Assembly: GCA_044892525.1 (NCBI GenBank)
Contig: CM097888.1
Span: 75,702,001-75,766,000, forward strand
Direction of reading: 5' to 3'
Source of the DNA: Schmidtea polychroa
Taxonomy: Eukaryota
DNA length: 64,000 nucleotides
The position numbers and the translations under genes were made by a program. Each line of letters begins with the position of its first letter. The stretch's first letter is position 1. The notes beneath the pieces are model-generated. The model searched no databases and was not told where the DNA came from. It saw nothing but the letters and a program-made list of their open reading frames with translations. Shown one piece after another: positions 37,801 through 49,590 of this stretch.

Positions 37801-40800
37801 TTTTTCCAAACATTTTTCAAGGTGGATGGCTTCATTTCATCACATGCTTTACCAATATTAAGTACAGCATCATGAATGTTATAAGCTTTCTAAAAATGTC
37901 GAATTGGAAATTGTTTGAATGTCCTTCTTAAGTAGTAAGCTTTAAAAGTAGAAATTTCTCCTTGATCTATTGGCTGGATCAAAGCCGTGAAATTGTCAAA
38001 AATATTGGTGAAAACGAAAATGATATTGAATCTGACGTTGAAGACTATGAACCCAGTGCATTCACATCAAAAGTCGTTCACGGGCGACTTGTATTAGGAA
38101 AATTAGGAAACTATTTTCAAGAACATGATCCGAATGTTGAACGAGCTCTCAAATTTCAACGAGATATTAATAAAGTTTTAAGTCAGTATGAAGAAGTCTA
38201 CAAAGATATGACTAAAAATAAAACACAAATGCTTATTTAAGACATTTTTTCCTGAAAAGTCTCAGCAAACTACGACTAAAATCAATACAGCAACTTTAGG
38301 ATAATCTAATGAGATTATGTTATCCAGTGATGAATCTATTTTTTTCTATGAAATAGATTTTTAAAGTTTTTTGAGAAATAAATTTAACTATTTTTATGTT
38401 TTCTATCATTTAAATGATATTTTTATATTTTATTAAGTGTATTAGTCTTATTCTGTGTTCAATAAATGTCTAAAAAAGCTTCTTTATAGTCGTTTTCGTT
38501 TTACGCGGTTTTTCCATATAAAAATGATTTTTTTTCGAATTACACGGTTAATTACACCGTGTAAAACGAGGGATAGGTGTATTTTAACATACTCACATTA
38601 ATTTTTAAATTTACAATATATTTAGTTAAATCAAGACAATTTGAATAAAATTAGTAATAAAAAAATCAGCTCAAACATATCCCCTACAACACAAATTGTT
38701 TAAATAATAAGGAAATCTAATCTATACAAAATATTAATGTTCTACCTATAATATTCAAGTAATCACAACAATAAATACATAATTGGTTTGTTTTATTTTG
38801 TATTCTGTTTCCACTTATATTTAAACTAGCATTAATTTTTTTTCAATGAGAATTAAAGAAATTTAGCATTAATTAAATTGAATGAGCATTAAATTTTTTT
38901 AAATGATCGTTGTTTATATGACTAAAAAATCAAAGTTTTAAATGACTCAATCATAACACGTAGCACATTATTCAAGCGATACTGAAGAAGAGATAGACAA
39001 AACATAAGACAATAAAATCGATTTAATACTTTCGAGATCTTCCGAGCTACAGAATTAGGCAATTGGTCTGTGTCCCTACCAAACAATGGAAAATATGGAA
39101 GAAAAGCACTACATTTGCAAACATGTGGTTGGTATAGCGAGCAGATTAAAGTATTGCAAACCACCACCAGAGGCAAAAAATGCCGATATTGGAAGACCTT
39201 CGAAAGCTAAAACAGCTTTACTAAGACAATGACAATTTTCTAAATAATGTTATGTGGTTTTTCAATTTCAATATAATATTAAATACAGCGGTACCTCGGT
39301 TAACGAGCTTAATTCGTTCCGGAAACGTACTAGTATATCAAAACGATATCCACAACAAAAAAATTATTCAAATAAAATGTTTAATACAAAATAAAAAGAA
39401 TACATATAGGTACATAAAAATAATACACACAACTAATTTGTGTTTGGAACATTGGAATCTTTTTCCTTATCAAGGTACATTTGCTTCTGCCTTCTCTTTA
39501 TAATTATCCGGAAATGTGACATTACATTGTCATTAAAAAGGTTGACTGCTCGCACTGCCACAGCCTTATTTGAGTGGTGTTTTTCCACAACATTCTGGAC
39601 TGTTTCCCATATTTTGCACATGTCTTTATTGTGATTAAATAATAAAATTGTACTTGAAATCTTGATTTGAAATGGATACAATTAATACCAAAAGTTCTGT
39701 GGGTTATATGTTGACCACAATAGTAAATTTTATGAAGCCACAAGAAACATATTATATGGAGGCAGATGTAGAAGATTTTATTATTGAAATTTAAAGACTT
39801 TTGACATGACAAATATTGCCGATGATTACAGAAGCAAATTCATCAAAGTATTTCTCACAATCAATGCCACCAAGAAATATGATTTGATAAATGAAAATCT
39901 TCTTCAGATTAAGGAAAGCATTTGCCAAAAATAGAAGACTTATTGATCTCAATGAAGCACTGAATTATCTTATCAAGGAAATAATTTGTTCAAAAATCGA
40001 AAATATGTCGAAAAATATTTTAAAACATAAACTGGATATATTTAAAGAATTTTTAATGTTTAATTTGCTCGAAGATAAAAAAATAAAAAGGGATCTTAAA
40101 ATGCAGGATTTAAAATCGTTCGATGATTTGAAAGAAAGATTGAAGATTTCGAAAATTTCAGAAAATGGTTGCTGCATTCGATGATGAGAACTAAGATGCC
40201 GGATCAGAGTACCCAACCGAAAATTCTCCAATACACGAGGAGGTGATAGAACCAAAAAATTAAAGGTAATTAATGGTATGCGTAAGAATTGTATGATTGA
40301 AAATGATTCTTATAGTTTGAATGAGAATAATTGTGATTGTGTTTTTTATTATAATATATATGGATGAATTTTTTAAAGAATCAAATAAATTTAATTATTT
40401 AAATATAATAAGTGATTTCAAATGTTAACAAGAAAATGATTTAATATTATATGATAAATTTAGGCAGTGGTGTAGCTAGAAATAGATGGGCTCCCCTATA
40501 CTGCATACACAAGTGAAATAGGTGCGGAGCACGAAAGCGCCACAGAGGGAAAAATTTTGGCCCCCTTTGGAAGCACAACTGAATTAAACCAGGGTTTCCC
40601 AAACTTTTCCTGCGACGGAACACTTCGTAACTCTCAAAATTTTGATGCAACACCTTGTTTATTTTGTACGGCATGAGACCAGTGGCGTAGGCCCACCCAA
40701 GATTTTTTTAAGGGGAGGGGAGAGTGTTAATTGAAAGAAGGGCTTAGTTACAGAGGAGTTTTGCGCCGCAGGCAAAACATTTTTTGGGTCCTCTTTGGAA

Positions 40801-42600
40801 AGACGATTTAATTAAATAATTAGAGCTCAATATACAATATAACAGTATAAATCGTTATAAAATGATAGTAATGTATCAGGGACAAATGTGTATAGCCGAC
40901 AAGCGACCCCCATATGAATGGGCGATTTACTTAGATAACTAAAGGTGCTTGCTTATAAAGTATATTATTAGCGAGGGAGAGGCAGAGGGGATTGCATAAA
41001 TAGGTAAAATGTAGGTAAATAATGTACTTAATGCAATAATACAAAACAGTGGAGCTTTATTACATAAAACCACAAATCGATCATTTGGAGGTCCCTGTTG
41101 ACTGGTGCAGACCGTGCCGTTGTTTGACATTGTTTTCTGAGGAAAATTAAGGAAACTTGGCCCCCCCTTTCTCGTGGGCCCCTATGCAGTGCTTACTCTT
41201 GCTATATGGTTGCTACACCCCTGAATTTTTGGTTTCCAAAACGAATATATCGTATCTGGTATCCGCGGTTATATAATCTCATATCCGTATCCGATATCCG
41301 CGAAAATATGACGATTATTCTTTTAAATTTTAAAAATTGGCTTGGAAAATATGTTTTTATAGCTACCCAATTACGCCACCAGCTGTTCAATGTCGTCCTC
41401 ATTCACTTCCCCAAGGAGACAATTTAATCGAGAACTGGGAGTTCCTCTTTGTGAGTTAACCCCTCACGGTTATCTCCTAGAATGCAGTCAGGCCACAATG
41501 TTCTCCAATCAGAATTCAGCGTTCTCTTGGTGACCCCATTTCAAGCTTTATCGATGATTTTGAGACACTTCACGAGAATTCTCAAGTTACTCGTGTTACA
41601 TAACTTAGCTCGTTTATCAAGTTAAAATTTATTTTAAAAATTTGCTGGTCTTGCAAAATACTCACAAACAAAATTACTCGCAATCCAAGGTTTTACGGTG
41701 TCATGGTCTTTTTTGCAAAGCGAGGGATTGGTGTATATATTTTTAAATAACTTCATAAAGTAATAACTCATTACCCAATTAAATTTATTTGTTTGTTTTA
41801 ACTACTTTGCATTTTTTTTAAATAACTTCATTATATTCGTTATTTAGATAAAAAAAAACCGTTGAGAAAATTAACGAATCAACCAACTTGTCTTCGTGAA
41901 ATCGAGGCTGCTGTGATGGGGGTAAGAGAGCGATTTGAAACGGAGTATTAAAAGAATGCTTTTGATTTACGGATTTAGCAATTAATTGTTTATTTCTAAT
42001 AACTAGATATCCACTGTCACCGAGATTTGCTGAATAGAGTTTACCGGTATTTCTACACAGTGACAGAAGGCAAAATGTAGCACTTCCTTAAAATTGGTAA
42101 AATCAATTAACTTTTTCCAACTGTTATTTATATATTAAATACCTAAAACAGGCGCTTTCAAATTTAATACATCATAATATGCTGATTTAGCCAAATTTAA
42201 AGGATTATCAGAAGTATAGCAACCATTTTCTACTGTTCTACAACACATTTTCATAAAGCTAGTTGAAAACAAACTTGGATTAATGCCATATGATCTCCAT
42301 CCACCGACACCATCGGCTACTCCTTTATATTAAATAAAGTAATTTTAAATGCTTTATTTATGTATTACCTATTACAAAACAATCGGAATTTTTGGCGATA
42401 AAACATGAGTCATCTCCATACTTCCATTTAGAATTTATTTTGTTTTTATATTGAGTATTCTTGTTATCATATCCAAACACGGCAGTTTGAAATGAGAATT
42501 TCTGGCAAAATGACCCGGAAGTCCATTCTCGTGAATCAATATTAAAAAATGTGCTGAAAGCCCTGATTGCTATTCGGAAATTTTGAAGTAAAAGACTCAT
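28860..42600 (-). CDS. PPTC7: PP2C-family phosphatase PTC7 homolog, six exons, 324 aa predicted
   Basis: Exons 42369-42600, 42143-42322, 41888-42086, 33878-34001, 33705-33834, 28860-28969 (975 nt, GT-AG, frame kept). Motifs YGDDSCF, GVADGVGGW, NLGDSGYL, HSFNTPFQ, GTDGLFDN, TPFACEA, GGNPGDITV. The N-terminus resembles a mitochondrial presequence. Confidence 0.88.
32450..32960 (-). mobile_element. Tc1/IS630-like DDE transposase remnant in PPTC7 intron 5
   Basis: DEA..., GPNISLVLAI..FGSFKKESYQSFLTEL, DNASIH and FLNPIESV fragments with stops and frameshifts. Confidence 0.7.
37270..38580. mobile_element. Tigger/pogo transposase C-terminal remnants in both orientations (minus ~37270-37850; plus ~37960-38240 with 3' end ~38580)
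   Basis: Minus: VVRLGNLLGFTELGESDIAVLLEANMDSLSDEDLI. Plus: YFQEHDPNVERALKFQRDINKVLSQYEEVY. Terminal-like CCGTGTAAAACGAGGGATAGGTGTA. Confidence 0.7.
39286..39830 (-). mobile_element. Tigger1-like 3' remnant with TIR
   Basis: TA|CAGCGGTACCTCGG terminus at 39284-39299; WETVQNVVEKHHSNKAVAVRAVNLFNDNVMSHFRIIIKRRQKQ. Confidence 0.8.
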
Positions 42601-43249
42601 TTAATGATTAACAATTAAAAAAATTTAAACTAAGTAACATCACGGTATGAAGCATTATCATTTTTAAAATTTCTAATATTAATATTATAAAATTGTCTTA
42701 TTTAAACATAATATGGATTTTGTGTAATCAATTATAAAGTTAAGCAAAAATTTCAGTTTACGACTAAAATAAGAGAAATACTAAAACTGAAATTTTTGTA
42801 ACATTTAGAAAAATATTTCATTTTCATAATTTTTTAGTTATTAGCGATTTGTTGAAGTCAATTGAAAATCGAATTGTATTACAAAAAAATGGCTTGTTAA
42901 CCCAACTTCAACAAATAGTCCAACAAAATTCATTCTTGGTTTTGCTTTTTCCTTCTGTGTGAAGAATCTGCAGTCATAGTTGAATCAGAAATAGAATTGG
43001 CTGAAGAATTAAATTCATATATTTCAAAATCGTCCGACATTCAAGAGGTAGGAATATCAAATGATAACATCACTTTAAAATAAGAATTCAACATCTTTAA
43101 GAAACGATCTATCAGAACAAAAAATATTGAATTGCTTTATATGGCATTGAAAATCACCACTAACTAACTACCCAGCGTATATTTGAATCACAAAAATATA
43201 TTGCTCTTGACACAAAATAATCAATAACCAAAGTTTTACGAGTTTGACC

Positions 43250-46200
43250 GATTCTCCGCTAAGTGTTGATGCCTTTACAAAAGATAATATTCACCTTTTT
43301 ATTCCCCAGCTTTTTTGACAAACTCTTTCCTTTTCTATTCGATTTAATTCTTTTCCACTTTTTACGTATCTCCTGGTTCTATATTTTCTTTTCCCTAAAC
43401 TTCCTAATTCATCTTTTCTTACACTCGTTCTCTTCGAATCCCTAGCTGAGGTTAAATGCCGGTTTGCTCTGATTTTCCCCATGCCTTATATACTCTTTGA
43501 AATCGGGATGAACAAAGGTTATTGCTAAGCCAATCTCTCTCCTGACATTTGACTCCACATATCTGCTACGGCTGTCAGCCAAACCTCTCTGGACGCCCTA
43601 TCTTTTTCTTGGTCTTCTCACATTAATCATTGTGATAAGATGGGCCTAAATTTTTCTTCTGTTTTCTTTTCTCTTTGTTTACCCAACTCGGAATTTCTTT
43701 CTACCTGCTAATTAATTAATTAATTGTATTTTCTTATTTTTCAACTTTTATATACTTTTTCGCTTTCTTCCTAACACTTTCTGAAAATTCCGTTATCACC
43801 ATGTTATTCCTTGCTACTTGCTCCACCCATAACCAATTTTCCAGACTCTAATTCGAATTTATGAATCTTTTATCGATTTTCCACAGTTCACATTTTTGTG
43901 CTTTTCCCTTATACTGATGTACCTTCTCGAGCCTTTCTATCCATTTTATTTCTTCGCATTGTCACCTCTCTCTCTGACCAATCTTACACTTCAATCATTC
44001 CTTTAATTACAAATATAATTCAATTTTACTTTTAATTAGTCTATAACCCCAACAAAATTAATATTTGACAAAACTATATATTAGACTTTATAGTACGGGT
44101 GATTACAAGATGAATGATGTAATAATATGTTTGTATACATATAGAAAATATAATAACACTTGTGAGCCATAATACACCTAATTACGAAAATCTAATCTAA
44201 AAAATCTAAAAAATCTAAAAAAATCAATAAATATATATTATAGGAACACACAAACTTACCTGTGTGTAAAAGTTTAATGCTTCGAAAGTTAACATATTTA
44301 TTATAGGAGTCGTAAAAGTGACAGAAAAGTAATTAAACGTACAAACACAAAACANNNNNNNNNNNNNNNNNNNNNNNNNNNNNNNNNNNNNNNNNNNNNN
44401 NNNNNNNNNNNNNNNNNNNNNNNNNNNNNNNNNNNNNNNNNNNNNNNNNNNNNNNNNNNNNNNNNNNNNNNNNNNNNNNNNNNNNNNNNNNNNNNNNNNN
44501 NNNNNNNNNNNNNNNNNNNNNNNNNATGTTAAAGTTTTGCCTTGAATATTTTTAGCAGTACTTTGTGAGCAGTACCTTTGTGAGTAGTACCTTTGTGACC
44601 ATTACCCTTAGGGGGACAGAATATCTTGTCGGATAGACTCAGACTATATATGATAATGCAAAGTATGTGTAAAGTATGTGCAATAATTTTATTCTGTCAA
44701 CTTTAGCGTCAAAATAAGTTTTAAAAATAAATTTTAATTTTAAAATACCGCAACGTAATATATTTAATAATTAAAATATAATTAAATTTTAAAATACCGC
44801 GACGTAATATATTTAAAAAGTATGATGAGTCATGTGTCTTTGTTAAAATGTCTTTGTTACGTTCTTTTTTTAAAAAAATTAAAAAAATTTTTTTTTAATT
44901 AAAAAAACACCCCTGCGGGGGGTATGACATAATTTCCTTTGTGACGTCATCGATTACATAACAGTTCTTTGTTCCCGGGTCCACAAATTATCCTACTTTC
45001 ACCATTCTCTAATTTACACCTATCCCGTTTCCAGTATCAATTTTGATAACATTTCACTTTATTCTACTTCCTCAGATTTGGGCATTTTTCTATTTCGTGT
45101 CTGGTTGTACCCTTTGTAGTTCTCTTTTTGGCATATCTTTCTTTTCCATTACTTTTCTACTTGACCGCCATTTTCTGTCGTTCAATTTCGGTTTTCCTTT
45201 TACTCGAAACTATTCAATTTAACATAATTTAATAATTTACTTTTACAACCTCAACATTCCTATTAATATTGTTATACTTATTATTGTTGTTGGTATCATC
45301 CTCACCATAGTAATTACTATCATCAGCATTATCGTGGGTATCACTACCCTTCTTATCATAAATAAGTATCTCCCCTTATTGTCATCGCTACTACTCTTTT
45401 CTTTGTTACCACTATTAGTTATTTATCATTAGTATTATTACTATATTTATTATAGATAAAATTATTATCATCTTTATTATTACTAGTGTTGGGTTTAAGG
45501 TAATTTAAGTCGGTAAACTCTGACTCCTCGTGTCCCTTTTAATCAAAACAATAAACTACCCAACGTATATTTCAATAACAAAAATATATTCTTTTCTCAA
45601 CAATAAACAATCAATAATCAAAGTCAAGTTTGACCGATTCGGCGTTCGGTGTTACATCCAAAAGATAATTTTCACCTTTTTATTTCTTCAGCTTCTCTCG
45701 ACCAACGTTTGCTTTTGCTATTTGGTTAGATTCATTTTTCCATTTTGTATCTCCTATTCTATATTTTCTTTTTCCCTAATCTCCTTATTTCGTCTTACCG
45801 TTTGCCTATTCTCGTTTCTTCTTACCCTAACTGAGGCAAAATGCCGATTATTTTGAATTTCGACTTTGCTTTTATACTGGAATAATCACTTTGATTAATC
45901 CGTTTTTGACCTGTTTGCTTCTATCTGACAATGGTTTGACAACCGGCTCCTTGAACGTTGTTTGCACCATATCATGATTAATTGGCTCCCTTTGCTATTC
46001 CTTCGTAATAGTCCTAACTTTGTTTGTCTCCATTCATCATGCTGTCATGATAATGGTCTTCCGAGATTCCCATTTTGTTTACTTTTCCTGTTAATCGAGC
46101 TCGGGTTTCCTTCATCTCTCGGGTTCTCCATTGGCTCGGGTTTCCTATTAGCTCGGGTTTCCTATTAGCCAATTAATTAATTAATTAACGATTTTCTGCT

Positions 46201-46900
46201 TTAACACATTCGAATGCTTTTCGACCCTTTCTAACCATTTTCTGATAAATCCCTAATCATCATCTTGTTGACCATCAGCTAATCTATACCTGTCCCGTTT
46301 TCCCAATTCAATTTCGATAACTTTACAATTTATTGGATTGTTCTCGGATTTCAGGATTCTTGCCTTTCGCAAATGCTTTTGCCATTTTCTAATACTGCTT
46401 CCATCATACTTTCCTTTACTATCAATTCTGTGCATGATCACGCTATTATTTGTCTTTTTTCTTCACCTACTTTTTATTTAAATTTTCAACCTAAATTTAT
46501 TTAAATTAATTTTAATTTACTGACCTCAACACTAGTATTATCGTTATTATTATCCTTATCCCTACCATCGTTAATACTATTAGTGTTATTATAGTTAATT
46601 CGGTGGTTATTATTACTATCTTTACCATTACGGGTATTATGATTACTATATTGAATAGTATTTGACCAATCCTCATTATCATCAATGTCATCATAACGTC
46701 CTTGTGTCTATTAATTACTAACGCTATTATAACTATAGTCCCCCTCTCTATTACTATTATAATCAGAAATATTCTTGTTGCGGATATTATGTTTATTGTT
46801 GATATTGCCATTACTGTCCGCATTTAAGTTGAAATTGTTAAAGACGTCGTGTTCCGCACTACAGGTACTTTCTCCGTAACAATTGTAACCGTTATTATTG
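43250..46900 (-). repeat. Diverged ~1.4-kb repeat family in tandem (units ~46900-45500, 45500-45000 truncated, ~44050-43250)
   Basis: Shared blocks AGTTTGACCGATTC..CAAAAGATAAT(A/T)TTCACCTTTTT at ~43240-43300 and ~45626-45680; CTAATTAATTAATTAATT / CCAATTAATTAATTAATT at ~43709 and ~46169; Asn/Asp-coding low complexity at 45250-45500 and 46520-46900. Confidence 0.7.
44740..44998 (-). mobile_element. End module, copy 2 (degenerate)
   Basis: Reverse complement reads AGTAGGATAATTTGTGGACCCGGGAACAAAGA..TCGATGACGTCACAAAG..CCCCCCCGCAGGGG..poly-T, then two ACGT(T/C)GCGGTATTTT units. Confidence 0.8.
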
Positions 46901-48330
46901 TGGGCCTTCGGAAATCAATTTAGTTGGCAGATTTCCATCGCATTAACATTCAATTAAAACTGGGTTAAGCAACACGGAACAATTTATAATAGAGTAGTAT
47001 TTGATGCGATATGATTCCCTTGTGCCATTCTAATTAATTGAATATATTCGACCCAGTATATAGTATCGATGCCCTTAACTTTACGATAGTAGGTGAATTA
47101 CTAAAATAAGCGACATTCCCCAAGTGAGTGCAACTATGATGATGTCATCGCTTCGCTGGCATTGCAAAAACCCGGGCTCGCCTGTCCGCGTATGTTCATC
47201 GTGTGTGAGTTATGATTATCATGTCTTAATTTTATATTGCTATTAGGGTGGCATTAACCGATGTACCTTTATGGAAAATCGTTCGTCATTTAAGTTGATT
47301 TCACCGTTGTAATTTTTCGATCTTGTCAAAGTCGTCAGTCGGATGTTAGATTGATTCATTCTGAGTATTCGCTGAATTTGTGTCAAGTGAGATTTTTGGG
47401 ATATACCTTTCAAAGAATCGTCGTTTCTCTGTAGTCTTTGCTCTATACAAAAAACGGAATAAAAAGAAAAAAACAGTATCTATAAATACCCATGTATTTT
47501 GCATAAAGGTATATAAATTCTCTATGGATTATGTTAAATGTTTTCTCAAACAACATTATAATTCTAACAATTATACATAAATTACCTGAAATTGTTAATT
47601 AGTTCCTAAAATAGTCATACAGTATTTCACAAAGATATATGATTGACCTATGAATTTTTATTTGATACTACACCCAATTAATCATATACCATATTTATTT
47701 TCTTATAATACACACCTTTAATAATTTTCTGTTTGATATATGAAAATTAAAACCGTACATTCAAATTACGGAAAGCTAGAATGTTTATTCAAAATATTGA
47801 TCAGGCAGATAAATGCTGTTATTTGGAATCTTGAATGCCCTTGAATTGAACGTATTGAACGATAATATTAAAGCCTGTGTGTTATAAGAAAATAAATACG
47901 GTATTAATAATTTTAAATTGACAGTAACATCAACTATGCCAAATAAGCAAATATAGTGTCATCATTAAACTTTTTATCATAGTATAGATAAGTGATTCTC
48001 AAATTACATATTGAAAGAAAATATTTAAAATTGGTAAAGTTTCAATCGAAATTTTAAAAAACACTAAATATATTATTAATTATTAAATAATATTAATTAT
48101 TAAATAATATAATCAAATTAATTATATGATATAACTAAGAGATATGTTAAAATAGGCTTCATAGACTGGAACACTGAGTATGAGTTTCCTCGCAATTGGC
48201 AATCAACATGATAATAATTAGAATTCTATACAAATGTATTTTCGAAATATACAAAATTCAATTAAAATATCAAAAACAAAAGAATAGCAGAATAAATTTC
48301 AAAGATTTTATTATAAATTATTTAAAAACA

Positions 48331-49590
48331 TTATCCAAAATAATTGAGAGTGGGCTTCTTCTTTGATTGTACTTCTAAAATGGCATCAATAAAGTCTTCA
48401 TGAACAATCTCTTTCGATCCATTTCGTAATGCAATCATTCCAGCTTCAACACAAACAGCTTTGCATTGGGCTCCATTGAAATCTTCAGTAGATCTTGACA
48501 ATTCTTCAAAATTTACTAATTTCGATACATTCATATTTCTTGCATGGATTTGCATAATTCTTGCTCTTGCCTCTTCATTTGGAGCTGGAAATTCGATTTT
48601 TCTATCTATTCTTCCACTTCTTAACAAGGCAGGATCAAGCGTATCTATTCGGTTTGTTGCAGCAATTATTTTGATATCATCATTTGGTTGGAAACCATCG
48701 AGTTGATTTAGTAATTCAAGCATGGTTCTTTGAACTTCTCGATCACCAGATTTTTCATTGTCAAACCGTTTTGTTCCAATAGCATCGAGTTCATCAATAA
48801 AAATGATAGTTGGAGCCTTTTGCTTGGCTAATTCAAAGGCGTCTCTCACTAATTTAGCGCCATCGCCAATATACATTTGAACTAATTGTGGACCTGCTAA
48901 TTTGATAAATGTGGCTTTCGTTTGTGCAGCGCAAGCTCTAGCTAGTAGAGTTTTACCAGTTCCAGGTGGTCCATACATGAGAACTCCTTTCGGAGGTTGA
49001 ATGCCAATTGCTTTAAATTGGTCTTTGTGAATAACTGGTAATACAACGGCTTCTATTAATTCTTGAATTTGCGAATCTAATCCTCCGATGTCGCTATATT
49101 TTTCTGTTGGTTTTTCATCAATTTCCATTGCTTTCACACGAGGATCGATTTCTGATGGCAATTTCTCTATAAGAATAAAAGAATCCTTATTGACAGCAAC
49201 CAAATCTCCAGGATTCAATTCGTCAGAATCAATCAAGCCTGTATTTGGAAGAAAAACAGTTTTCCTATTAGTCGTTTTGATGACAACAGATTTTCCAGTA
49301 GTTTTATTGTCCAGATTAATATTAGCTCCATCTTCATATTCTTCTTCGTCCGGTTCAATATTGAGAATTTCCACAATGGTTGAAACAAGAAATGGAGGAA
49401 CTTTTTGTTTTTCTATCATTTTTTTAATAGAATCTATATTTTTAAGTTTTTCTTTCATATTGAATTTGTTTTGTCTGATTTCAGAATTCATTACACTAAT
49501 TTCGTTGTCGAGTAAATGCAATCTGAATTCCAGGTCTCTTGGAGACAAGTTTAGGATCTCTTCATCTATTTCCATATGTTCGTTATTCAT
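48331..49590 (-). CDS. PSMC3: Rpt5, intronless, copy B
   Basis: 419-aa ORF; differs from copies A and C at three residues (KLKNID; HKDQFKA). Confidence 0.95.
   Translation of the reverse strand: MNNEHMEIDEEILNLSPRDLEFRLHLLDNEISVMNSEIRQNKFNMKEKLKNIDSIKKMIEKQKVPPFLVSTIVEILNIEPDEEEYEDGANINLDNKTTGKSVVIKTTNRKTVFLPNTGLIDSDELNPGDLVAVNKDSFILIEKLPSEIDPRVKAMEIDEKPTEKYSDIGGLDSQIQELIEAVVLPVIHKDQFKAIGIQPPKGVLMYGPPGTGKTLLARACAAQTKATFIKLAGPQLVQMYIGDGAKLVRDAFELAKQKAPTIIFIDELDAIGTKRFDNEKSGDREVQRTMLELLNQLDGFQPNDDIKIIAATNRIDTLDPALLRSGRIDRKIEFPAPNEEARARIMQIHARNMNVSKLVNFEELSRSTEDFNGAQCKAVCVEAGMIALRNGSKEIVHEDFIDAILEVQSKKKPTLNYFG

Noticed and set aside
46512-46823. 103-aa Ile-rich ORF as a membrane protein
   Set aside because: An off-frame reading of AAT/GAT-rich low complexity within the repeat family.
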